IMG/VR virus record: IMGVR_UViG_3300006120_000018 | DNA length: 64,000 nucleotides | Reading direction: 5' to 3' (one strand) | DNA from: an uncultured virus (IMG/VR IMGVR_UViG_3300006120_000018) | Lineage: Duplodnaviria; Heunggongvirae; Uroviricota; Caudoviricetes | Shown here: piece by piece, positions 40,976-49,559 of the stretch | Numbering within the stretch: position 1 is the first letter of the stretch | Layout of the letters: each line of letters begins with the position of its first letter | Translations under genes and position numbers: made by a program | Notes under the pieces: model-generated | Told to the model about the DNA's origin: nothing | The model's input: the letters and a program-made list of their open reading frames with translations, nothing else | The model's database searches: none

Positions 40976-41960
40976 ATATATTCTTCTTATCAACCTCTGT
41001 ATTTAATACGTTTATAAAATCATTCAAGGCTTCATCCACACTTATATTACATTTTTCAATATCTTTCGTTGTTGTGATAATATCTTCGTATGTAAATTCT
41101 GTCTTGAATTGTAGTGGTTTTAATTGCGTTATTTTAGATATTACCAAATTTAAAGTGTCTTCGTTGAGTTTTTCGTCAATTAATAAAGTAACAACATTTC
41201 CATTGATACCCTTCTTCAAATCAACAGTCTTTGCTAATATTGAAGTTAGGCTTATTTTGATGTGTTTAGGGGATATTAAATTTTCAATAAACTCATATTT
41301 CATGGTATTGAAATCCAATATGGTTATTCCTTTGGCTTGATTAACTTCTCCAAAATTCTGTTCAAAAGGAGAACCTAAGTATAAAATTTCTCCGTTATCA
41401 TAAGTTCTGTGATCCCTAGAATGAAAATGCCCGCTTATTACAGTATTTGCTTTATCTAATAAGTTTGCTGAATCTTCACCATGTTCACAAATCTTTACGA
41501 AATTTATTTTAAAATTTGTTATCTCAAAATGTCCAAAAATAATATCACTCTTTGGTATATCTTTAACTTCAACTCCCCAAGGACAAAATGTAAGAGTTTT
41601 ACCACAATGTTCTATAGTGGTTAATTTATCATATACTGTAATGTTTTCCCATCCATCAAAAGGTTTAAGTGAATGTATTATTGAATTGTTTTTATAATAA
41701 CAACAATGATTTCCAGGTATCATTATAATATTAAAATCCTTAAATTTCTTTAAAAATTCAGTCCCACAATCTAATGTAGTCTGATTGACTTCCTCTCTAT
41801 AATGAAAGAAATCCCCACAAAATATAATATCCCGAATTTTTTTGGATTCCAGTGTATCTTTTACCCAATCTGCAAAATCCAATGCAATTTTATGCCACAC
41901 AGGAGAATCCCCATGTAACCCAATATGTAAATCCGAAAATAATGCAACTTTATTCTTCAT
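40923..41960 (-). CDS. gp47: Recombination nuclease (T4 gp47 / SbcD-Mre11-like)
   Basis: SDLHIG, GDFFH, PGNH, GHFE, SGHFH, YLGSP; start MKNKVALF at 41960. Confidence 0.93.
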   Translation of the reverse strand: MKNKVALFSDLHIGLHGDSPVWHKIALDFADWVKDTLESKKIRDIIFCGDFFHYREEVNQTTLDCGTEFLKKFKDFNIIMIPGNHCCYYKNNSIIHSLKPFDGWENITVYDKLTTIEHCGKTLTFCPWGVEVKDIPKSDIIFGHFEITNFKINFVKICEHGEDSANLLDKANTVISGHFHSRDHRTYDNGEILYLGSPFEQNFGEVNQAKGITILDFNTMKYEFIENLISPKHIKISLTSILAKTVDLKKGINGNVVTLLIDEKLNEDTLNLVISKITQLKPLQFKTEFTYEDIITTTKDIEKCNISVDEALNDFINVLNTEVDKKNIYEKCIELYNEARTITES

Positions 41961-43002
41961 GGAAAGTTTCGTAAGATTCGTCGTAAGAATTATCATCACA
42001 TTCACCCTTAGAATTTTTAGCAAAGGGTATTTGTCCTGATTCAGTTAAAAGATTATACACACTTTCCTGATACCTTTTAATTGTGTCGTGATCTTTCTTC
42101 TCTTTTTTAATTCTATTTTGAAATGCTCTAAATGCAACCTTTGTGAAATAAGAAAATGGATTATAGCCGGAATCACATTTAAATCGATGTCTAGTTAATG
42201 CTGTTACCATCTTAATTACTGCATCACCTATCATCTCTTCTTTGTAGGAATTACCAGAGATATATACACATTCCCCTCTTCTCGCAATAAAAGTTCCATA
42301 TCCAGTCTCTGGACACCATATCACACCTTTATAAAATTGATTGCTACAATTAATACCAGACATTCTACATATATTTTCATTTCCTATACATGTATCAACT
42401 TTTAAATTATCATCTACTACCCCTGAACCTTCACACATTAATACCATACATTCCTTTTCGTTTTGTAAGAAGGTTTCTATTGGTTGTATTCCATTTTCCA
42501 TACTAACAAATTTATGACCAGGAGAAACTAAAGCATCCAATCCATGTGATACCAATTTATACATCAATCCATCATATTCTATATTAATAAACACACCCTT
42601 TACATCACTCCACACGAGATTTTGGTTTTTTATATCATAAGATAAAATTTTATCAGTTTCATCTATATCATCATATCCAACCCACCCACGTTGAGTTAAT
42701 GCCTGTGTGTGTTCATCCACACAATAATTTATGAAGTTTTGTGCATACCCCAAACGAGTGGCAATTTTCTGTATCATATCTGCCAACTCTCCGCTGAAAT
42801 ATCCAGTTTTATAATATTCTTTAATTTTAAACTCCATTTCACTCGGATCAACATAATTAGTCTTCAACTCTTCCTTCGTTCTCCGAATTCGTTTTTTTGG
42901 CGACATGTGTTCCTTGATATCATCGAAATTATCCTTTTCGTTAGTTATATCAATGAGAACTCCATCCATATATAAATCATCTTCTTTTTTATTCTGTTTC
43001 AT
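41950..43002 (-). CDS. gp55: Late-transcription sigma factor (T4 gp55-like) containing an intein
   Basis: NYVD, IATRL..NFINY|intein|SYKEEMIGDA, NPFSYFTKVAFRAFQNRIKKEKK. Confidence 0.9.
   Translation of the reverse strand: MKQNKKEDDLYMDGVLIDITNEKDNFDDIKEHMSPKKRIRRTKEELKTNYVDPSEMEFKIKEYYKTGYFSGELADMIQKIATRLGYAQNFINYCVDEHTQALTQRGWVGYDDIDETDKILSYDIKNQNLVWSDVKGVFINIEYDGLMYKLVSHGLDALVSPGHKFVSMENGIQPIETFLQNEKECMVLMCEGSGVVDDNLKVDTCIGNENICRMSGINCSNQFYKGVIWCPETGYGTFIARRGECVYISGNSYKEEMIGDAVIKMVTALTRHRFKCDSGYNPFSYFTKVAFRAFQNRIKKEKKDHDTIKRYQESVYNLLTESGQIPFAKNSKGECDDNSYDESYETFHEE
42250..42723 (-). other. Mini-intein (158 aa) in gp55
   Basis: NFINY|CVDEHTQALTQRGW...VSPGHKF...VIWCPETGYGTFIARRGECVYISGN|SYKEEM. 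Confidence 0.88.
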
Positions 43003-43020
43003 GGGTATTTTTATATTATA

Positions 43021-44481
43021 CTATAAGTTAAATTTATTGCAAGCGGGTTCGTTTAATATCGTTTCTTTTACTGTAATTTTTTCATTAGCATACAATTCTA
43101 TTCTTTCTGTATAATGATTAGAACCATATCTTAACATATCCGCAATATCAAATATATATGCCATCACTTTACTAGCATGTAATCTCAAACTACGACCCAC
43201 TGATTGTATAAGTTTGATTTTAGATTTACCTATAGCGGCAAAAATTACATAGTGTAGATTTTTAATATTTACACCAGTACTAAAAATAGCTGATATAGCA
43301 ATACATACAATATCATCATTAGCTTCCATTAATGCTATAATTTTTTTCCTATCTTCAACTTCAACAGAACCTTGAACGAAATATATCTGTTTCTTTGTAT
43401 TCTTTTGTAATATATCTAATAAAATTTCTCCGTGAATTATCCGATCTACCATTATCAATATATTCTTATCTACTCTATTAACAAGTTTGACAATAATATC
43501 ATTTCGGAATTTATTATTCTGTAAAAATTGTATTTCATCTTCATACGCTTCAGTTGGATTATCATTAGAAGGTCTTTTAAAATTATAACTACCATTATAA
43601 TGTATTTTTAATGCTGATACAATAACTGGAGAAATTTGTTTACGCGATCTAAGTTCTTCTGAAGTTTTTTGATATATAATATTTCCAAATATACCAAATA
43701 TTGTCCAAACATCTATTTTAGTATTTGGTAAAGTTCCCGTAAATCCGAAACGTAATCTTGCTGGTATTTTAGCAACTATATCATTTATCTTGTTTGCCTT
43801 CTTAAATTTGTGGCACTCATCACATACCAGTAGTTCGATATTTGTCAACCATAAAATATCTTGAATGTCGGATAATAATATTTGAGTATTGGTTATTATT
43901 ATATTTGCTTTTGGTGCTTCTCCTCCAGTCCATTTTTCTAATTCGGATGGATCAATACCATATTCTATAAAATCATTATATGTTTGTTCTAATAATCCTA
44001 TATTTGGAACAATAATTAATGCTTGTGCTTTAAAATTATTTTGTATTGTTTTTATTAAAGTGGCAATTACCAAAGTTTTCCCTGCTGAAGTTGGTAATAT
44101 GATTGTACCAAATCCTTCTTTTAATGCACTTTCTATTGATGCTCTTTGGTAATCTCTTAATTCTAAATTTAAACGATGTAGTTCAGATTTTACTATAGGT
44201 GTTTTTATAACATCTTTAAAATCGTCTGTTATTTCTATTTCTAATGGTGTATCTAAACTTTTTAAATAATCTAGAATTACATTATACATTCTAGGTTCAA
44301 ATCTACCTTGTGGTGTTATAGCATATATTCTAGTTGGCATCTTAAAACCAACACTATATCGATTTTTAAATTTTGATGTTTTATCTTCTACAGAAAAATA
44401 CTCACGAATGTTCTGGAGATAATCAGATGTAATTATCCCTTTCTTTCTTCCAGAATCGTAATCAATCTTAATTTTTATCAT
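43021..44481 (-). CDS. uvsW: UvsW helicase
   Basis: LRDYQ, LPTSAGKT, DECH, GFTGT, FSTGVNIKNLH, QSVGRSLR. Confidence 0.92.
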   Translation of the reverse strand: MIKIKIDYDSGRKKGIITSDYLQNIREYFSVEDKTSKFKNRYSVGFKMPTRIYAITPQGRFEPRMYNVILDYLKSLDTPLEIEITDDFKDVIKTPIVKSELHRLNLELRDYQRASIESALKEGFGTIILPTSAGKTLVIATLIKTIQNNFKAQALIIVPNIGLLEQTYNDFIEYGIDPSELEKWTGGEAPKANIIITNTQILLSDIQDILWLTNIELLVCDECHKFKKANKINDIVAKIPARLRFGFTGTLPNTKIDVWTIFGIFGNIIYQKTSEELRSRKQISPVIVSALKIHYNGSYNFKRPSNDNPTEAYEDEIQFLQNNKFRNDIIVKLVNRVDKNILIMVDRIIHGEILLDILQKNTKKQIYFVQGSVEVEDRKKIIALMEANDDIVCIAISAIFSTGVNIKNLHYVIFAAIGKSKIKLIQSVGRSLRLHASKVMAYIFDIADMLRYGSNHYTERIELYANEKITVKETILNEPACNKFNL

Positions 44482-44900
44482 TAGGTGGTTTCCAACTTCA
44501 TAATTTCTATGAGGTTCTTAATTGAGAATGACATATCTCTAAAGTTAGCTTCTATTTTAGTTAGATAATCAATAAGAATTTCTTCCTCTACTATACGATC
44601 ATCAATTTTTCTTACTAGTTCATGATTATCCGCACTTTCATTTAAGTTTTTAACACTTAATCCAACAGGAGATTCTTCCTTTAATTGTTTATGAACTAAT
44701 TTAACTGCTTTCTTACGTTGTTTTGTTAAATTTGCTAATTGAGTCTTATGATACATTAATCTACCAACCCAATAATGTCTCTTACTAGGTAAGTCCATTT
44801 GAATATCTTTCATATTAAAGGCATCTATCTTAACTACTTTACCTATTTCAATGTCATATTTCTCTAACATTGTTTGTAATACTGGTTCTTGTTCTTCCAT
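44481..44900 (-). CDS. uvsY: Recombination mediator UvsY
   Basis: 139-aa helical protein; FRDMSFSIKNLIEIMKL C-terminus; abuts uvsW. Confidence 0.75.
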   Translation of the reverse strand: MEEQEPVLQTMLEKYDIEIGKVVKIDAFNMKDIQMDLPSKRHYWVGRLMYHKTQLANLTKQRKKAVKLVHKQLKEESPVGLSVKNLNESADNHELVRKIDDRIVEEEILIDYLTKIEANFRDMSFSIKNLIEIMKLETT

Positions 44901-45013
44901 ATTGTATAATTACATTATATCACATAATTGAAATAAATCAAATTTATATATGTAATTATTCTCACTATTTATCTAATATTATTTCACAAATTAATGTTAA
45001 ATAGTTGTAATAT

Positions 45014-45253
45014 ATGGAAAAGACTTTTAATGAATTAGTAGAAATTGTATTAAATGAAGATTCTACTACTGCAAATACTGGTATGGGTAATACTGGTAAT
45101 CAATTCTCTGGTGATACATATGCACCAAATGATACAAGATTACCTTCTGTAATAGGTATGTCTAAAAGAAAATTTCCTGAATTAACAATTCTTGGTACCA
45201 AAAACAAAAAGAAACATAAATCTAAGGTAAAAAAGAAACATAAAGGAAAATAA
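45014..45253 (+). CDS. Small late protein with capsid-targeting-like N-terminus and basic tail
   Basis: MEKTFNELVEIVLNE|D; TAAATA upstream. Confidence 0.6.
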   Translation: MEKTFNELVEIVLNEDSTTANTGMGNTGNQFSGDTYAPNDTRLPSVIGMSKRKFPELTILGTKNKKKHKSKVKKKHKGK

Positions 45254-45308
45254 TAACATAAAATATAGTAAATGTAAATAGTTTCGTGGGATATAAATTT
45301 CTTTTCCC

Positions 45309-45486
45309 TTTTGAAATCTTTCAAAATTATTTATTTTCCATCTCGAAAAAGTCAAATGAAAAATGAAAATAAAATTATAACAACAAAAAGGGAAATTGTA
45401 AACAGATTTCTGGAACAGAAACTTTTACTTCATTTTGAAACCGTTCAAAAATACTTATTTTCCATCTCGAAAAAGTCAAATGAAAA
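45309..45486. repeat. Two 54-bp direct repeats (45309-45362, 45433-45486), each a hairpin plus promoter-like element
   Basis: TTTTGAAA-N4-TCAAAA-N4-TTATTTTCCATCTCGAAAAAGTCAAATGAAAA twice, 124 bp apart. Confidence 0.85.
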
Positions 45487-45507
45487 TCAAAAAATAATTT
45501 AAAAAAT

Positions 45508-45921
45508 ATGGATTTAGGTCACTGGAAAATTACGGAAGGTGTTGAACTACAGGAAGATACGTTTGGGTTTATTTATTTAATTACTCGATTAAATTCTAAA
45601 AAAGGAGAGAAGAAGTATTATGTAGGGAAGAAGCAAATGTTCTTTAAGACTCGCAAAAAGGCATTGAAAGGGAAGAAACGTGTTAGGTTGGGAAAGAAGA
45701 CTTCAGATTGGCAGACATATTGTGGTAGTTGTAAAGAATTACAAGCAGATATTGTAAAATATGGAGAAAATGAGTTTGAATTTTCTATAATACGAATATG
45801 CAACAGTAAAAGTTCTTTAGCATATGAGGAATTAAAAGAACAAGTATATCGAAAAGTTTTGGAGGATGATGAATATTACAATTCTTATATTCAAGTTCGT
45901 CTGAATAAAATTAAAACTTGA
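45508..45921 (+). CDS. Small GIY-YIG-like protein
   Basis: FGFIYLIT..YYVGKK..WQTYCGS..YEELKEQ..YYN. Confidence 0.65.
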   Translation: MDLGHWKITEGVELQEDTFGFIYLITRLNSKKGEKKYYVGKKQMFFKTRKKALKGKKRVRLGKKTSDWQTYCGSCKELQADIVKYGENEFEFSIIRICNSKSSLAYEELKEQVYRKVLEDDEYYNSYIQVRLNKIKT

Positions 45922-45960
45922 AGCTTTTTCAATGTATGTTAAAATCTGTTAAATATACAT

Positions 45961-46554
45961 ATGGAAAATATAAGCCGTTGCGTTTTTTGCAGTTCAACAA
46001 GTTATGGGAAAGGATGTAGGTATAATCCTAGCGGAGTGCATTTTCATCCTGATAATCCTTTAAAATGTTCTTTCTGTGGTTCGACAAGTTATGGAAAAGG
46101 CTGTAAAATCAATCCTTCAAATGATGTGCATATTCATGGTATTGCTTTTAATTCCATGTTAAGAGAGAAAATTACAAATACTATGCTTAATCAATTGCTA
46201 CATCATGAACTCAAACGCCCCTTTACGGACTTCCAAGCATATAAATTAAACCTTATCGATGAAAAGGGTAACAAGATCAAGGAACCGATTACTGAGGAAG
46301 AAATTTTTGCAATGTCGCCTTTTAATAGAACAATCATACAATTAAAAAGATTTATGGGTGTTAAATTGGATTTGATTGAAGGGATTGCTATTGTCGAAAA
46401 CGAGAAATTGTTAGACCTTCCAGTTGAAAAATATAAGAAAGTGTTAGAATATGAAGAACGCATCAATACAATTTTTGAGGATTTTCATACTCTAATCGAT
46501 CAAGCGGAACGAGAAGGAATATCTTTTGAATTGATTGAAGCATTAATTCGCTAA
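45961..46554 (+). CDS. Hypothetical protein with tandem Cys/His repeats
   Basis: Two CxxCxSTSYGKGCxxNPxxxHxH repeats; PFTDFQAYKLNLIDEKG segment resembling a conserved T4-like hypothetical. Confidence 0.6.
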   Translation: MENISRCVFCSSTSYGKGCRYNPSGVHFHPDNPLKCSFCGSTSYGKGCKINPSNDVHIHGIAFNSMLREKITNTMLNQLLHHELKRPFTDFQAYKLNLIDEKGNKIKEPITEEEIFAMSPFNRTIIQLKRFMGVKLDLIEGIAIVENEKLLDLPVEKYKKVLEYEERINTIFEDFHTLIDQAEREGISFELIEALIR

Positions 46555-46555
46555 A

Positions 46556-47122
46556 ATGAAAGTAAAATATAAAGAGTTGCATAATGTTCGGGTATGTGTA
46601 ATTGATCCATATCCTTTATTAACTAATGCCATACGAGATACTGTAGACTTTTGCGATAAAAATAATATAAGTTTTTATACTTCAGGTAGAGGGTCAGAAG
46701 CAGTCCAAAAATTGTTTTATCATTACTGTATATGTTATCTATCACAAGCATATGAATCTTGCCGTAGTAAATACCCAAAGATTGCAGCATTCTATCCATA
46801 TAAAGATAGACATCATAAAGTTGTAAATCATTTCATTGATACATTTAATTTCGCAAAGGTGTTAAAATCCCTACCATTCCCTCATTGCATGGTTTCTACT
46901 AAAAATGATAAAGATATAGAAATAGCAGTAGTTAATACATTAGAAAAAGATAGAACTAATTACAATAAAATGGTAAAATTTGCTAGTATACATAAGTTGA
47001 ATGATATACTAGATATGTATAAAAAGAAGAAATCATTTACTGGTGATATTATCGAAGAACCAAAAAAGATAACGCCAGAATTACCAGAAGATAATATAAA
47101 TTTTGAAGATACTGATAAATAA
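46556..47122 (+). CDS. Hypothetical protein
   Basis: 188-aa ORF tightly packed with neighbours. Confidence 0.6.
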   Translation: MKVKYKELHNVRVCVIDPYPLLTNAIRDTVDFCDKNNISFYTSGRGSEAVQKLFYHYCICYLSQAYESCRSKYPKIAAFYPYKDRHHKVVNHFIDTFNFAKVLKSLPFPHCMVSTKNDKDIEIAVVNTLEKDRTNYNKMVKFASIHKLNDILDMYKKKKSFTGDIIEEPKKITPELPEDNINFEDTDK

Positions 47123-47129
47123 TCATAAT

Positions 47130-47429
47130 ATGAAAACATTCGAAGAATTATACGCAAATGTATTAACCCGTTTAAGTGAAGATGTTACACCAGTGACATC
47201 TCCAGCACCCGTTCAACCAGTCGCTAATGGAACTGCTCCTACTCCAACACCAGCAACAACTACTGCAAACCCCTCTCAATCCGCTACACCAACTCCTCCA
47301 GCAGAAACGAACACGAACTATGATGCGAACCATACTATCGTTCAACAATTGGCAAAAACAACAAATCCAGCAGACATCGTGAAAGTGCTACAAACCAATG
47401 GTGTTGCGTTGCCTACTGTTACAAAATAA
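47130..47429 (+). CDS. Pro/Thr-rich small late protein with capsid-targeting-like N-terminus
   Basis: MKTFEELYANVLTRLSE|D; TAAATA 8 nt upstream. Confidence 0.6.
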   Translation: MKTFEELYANVLTRLSEDVTPVTSPAPVQPVANGTAPTPTPATTTANPSQSATPTPPAETNTNYDANHTIVQQLAKTTNPADIVKVLQTNGVALPTVTK

Positions 47430-47474
47430 TTTGTTGATTAATAATATTAATATGATACAATAATGTTTGTAATT

Positions 47475-47777
47475 ATGAGTAATAAACCAAACATTAATAT
47501 AACATTACCAATAGACTCATGCAATTTAATACTCGAAGCATTATTATTTGCATCTTCTGTTGATATATGTGCAAACTGGCAAGAAGATACCATAAAAGAT
47601 ATGATACATATTGCCACACAAATTAAAAATACAATCGGAGAAGAAAGGGGAATCGAATTGAAAAACATTTATCTTTATAAAGATGTTGAATTTGAAGACT
47701 TGAGTATCACCAAAGAAATTAATAAAGATTTTAAAAAACTTTTGAAAACTGAAAGACTATTAAATACTAATGAATAA
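47475..47777 (+). CDS. Hypothetical protein
   Basis: ORF after TTGATT-N16-TACAAT. Confidence 0.55.
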   Translation: MSNKPNINITLPIDSCNLILEALLFASSVDICANWQEDTIKDMIHIATQIKNTIGEERGIELKNIYLYKDVEFEDLSITKEINKDFKKLLKTERLLNTNE

Positions 47778-47970
47778 ACTTACTTTTTTATATAGAAAAT
47801 GTAAGTTTATTTTGTTTGGACATTGGTGTGCTTTCTGGCTTTCGTCTCTTTATTTTCTTTATGGATATTCTTTTGTAGAAATTTATAAGCAAACATTAGA
47901 TGAATACACAAAAGTATTATTAGAAGAATATAGAAAAGCTAAATGGAAACAAGAATATAAAACAAATTGA
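47770..47970 (+). CDS. Small hypothetical protein, possibly membrane-associated
   Basis: 66 aa with a hydrophobic stretch; overlaps the upstream stop. Confidence 0.4.
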   Translation: MNKLTFLYRKCKFILFGHWCAFWLSSLYFLYGYSFVEIYKQTLDEYTKVLLEEYRKAKWKQEYKTN

Positions 47971-48001
47971 ACATATAAAATTATATAATAAATAAAACAA
48001 C

Positions 48002-48634
48002 ATGAAAATAGCATTTATCGGAACACAATGTAATGGAAAATCTACTTTAATAGAAGAATTTATGCAAAGATGGCCTATGTATACCAAGCCAGAAAAAACA
48101 TATAGGGATTTTATTAAAGATAAAAAAATAAAACTTAATAAAAAGGGAGATGAAAAAAGTCAAAAACTTATTCTCAATGCATTAATTGATGAAATACAAG
48201 AAGCGACTGCATCAGAACATAAATTTATGGTGTTTGATAGATGTGTTATCGACAACATGGCATATTCTTTGTGGTTAAATTCAAAAGATTCGGGAAAAGT
48301 TAGTGATAGTTTTATTATAGATTCAAGATTTTTAGTTAACCAGACTGTAAAATTGTTTGATTTGATTTTTTATATTCCACTAAGAGAAGAGATTCCATTA
48401 GTAAAACGTGCTGGAAGAGATGTTGATCCTGAGTTTCGTAAAGAAATTGATTATATTTTAGATGCTATGGTTGGAACATACGAGAAGAATAAAGGTATAT
48501 ATTTTCCTTTAGAAGATTGTCCTGCGGTAATTCGACTTGAAGGACCACCAGATTTGAGACTGGAACAAATCCGACTCTATTTAAAGGATGATGGAAAACC
48601 TTTTGGTGTCGAAGACGGAAGTTTGATCGCTTAA
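48002..48634 (+). CDS. P-loop nucleotide kinase-like (AAA_28/NadR-type) protein
   Basis: IAFIGTQCNGKSTL, VFDRCVIDNMAY, DLIFYIP. Confidence 0.75.
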   Translation: MKIAFIGTQCNGKSTLIEEFMQRWPMYTKPEKTYRDFIKDKKIKLNKKGDEKSQKLILNALIDEIQEATASEHKFMVFDRCVIDNMAYSLWLNSKDSGKVSDSFIIDSRFLVNQTVKLFDLIFYIPLREEIPLVKRAGRDVDPEFRKEIDYILDAMVGTYEKNKGIYFPLEDCPAVIRLEGPPDLRLEQIRLYLKDDGKPFGVEDGSLIA

Positions 48635-48648
48635 AGATAAATAATATT

Positions 48649-48888
48649 ATGCTATATACATTACAAAACCTATACAAAGACAAAGTATTAAATAGAAACA
48701 GAATAGTTACTGAAGATATTGAACAAAATACTACAGATGATAAAAAAGTTTTGGGGATATTATCAGCAGGATTAAAAATGGTATTGGAAATGATAGATAA
48801 TCCAACTTCAGATGAAACAGAAACTCTTGAGAAAATTCGTACCGAAGTGATGAATACGTTGATTGATGCGGGAATTGAAAAAGATTAA
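48649..48888 (+). CDS. Small late protein
   Basis: TAAATA 5 nt upstream; LQNLY..IVTE|D. Confidence 0.5.
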   Translation: MLYTLQNLYKDKVLNRNRIVTEDIEQNTTDDKKVLGILSAGLKMVLEMIDNPTSDETETLEKIRTEVMNTLIDAGIEKD

Positions 48889-48894
48889 TATAAA

Positions 48895-49125
48895 ATGCGA
48901 GATATAACAAAATATATCGGTAAAGATAGCGATACCGAAAAGCTGACGGATTTTTATGCGGATTTTGAAGATTATACAACTGGCATAAAAGAAATAGATG
49001 ATATCGAAAGTGGTGATATGGTTGGTTGGGTGTGGGACAATAAAAGATATTTTGGTATAATTAGGGATAGTGGAAGCGGAAAAGATGCTTTATTTGACCT
49101 TAGAGATGTAAAAATATTAGAATAA
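48895..49125 (+). CDS. Small acidic hypothetical protein
   Basis: 76-aa ORF; SH3-like beta pattern GDMVGWVWDNKRYFGII. Confidence 0.5.
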   Translation: MRDITKYIGKDSDTEKLTDFYADFEDYTTGIKEIDDIESGDMVGWVWDNKRYFGIIRDSGSGKDALFDLRDVKILE

Positions 49126-49168
49126 TTCTTGACTTTGGTTGAAAATTGGTGTAGTATTAAGCCCTAAT

Positions 49169-49417
49169 ATGAATACAACAAATCAATCAATCGTAATCAA
49201 GCAACTAAACAATATCAATGGAGAAATCGACTTCAACAACCAAATCTCAAGAGTTCCGAAGTGGCTAAAGAGTGAAATTGTTAAGGAATGTATCAATTCC
49301 ACAAAATACCATTTTATGGGGTTTATTGACCGTTCTAATTTTGCAATTTTGGCTGCTCGTTACCATAATGTAAGAGACACTAAAGGTCGGTTTGCGAAAA
49401 TCAAAACCTCTAAGTAA
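49169..49417 (+). CDS. Stand-alone small protein with C-terminal YHNVRDTKGRF motif
   Basis: Own TTGACT-N17-TAGTAT promoter and terminator. Confidence 0.6.
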   Translation: MNTTNQSIVIKQLNNINGEIDFNNQISRVPKWLKSEIVKECINSTKYHFMGFIDRSNFAILAARYHNVRDTKGRFAKIKTSK

Positions 49418-49438
49418 TTGTAATAGAGCGTGATGTGG

Positions 49439-49473
49439 TAGCGTTAGGTATTTTTGCCTAACGCTATTTTTTT
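49439..49473 (+). terminator. Rho-independent terminator
   Basis: TAGCGTTAGG-N8-CCTAACGCTA followed by a T tract. Confidence 0.8.
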
Positions 49474-49559
49474 ATATTTTTGATGGTAAATAGAAAGAGA
49501 ACCAACGAGTTTTTAAAAAATATTTGATTTAATTATAATAATAGTATAAAATATCCAAC

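Noticed and set aside
45309..45486. Possible mini CRISPR array
   Set aside because: Only two 54-bp units with a 70-bp gap, no cas genes, and the unit parses as promoter plus hairpin
45311..45502. 63-aa ORF over the direct repeats
   Set aside because: TTG start and a translation that simply mirrors the DNA repeat; probably non-coding
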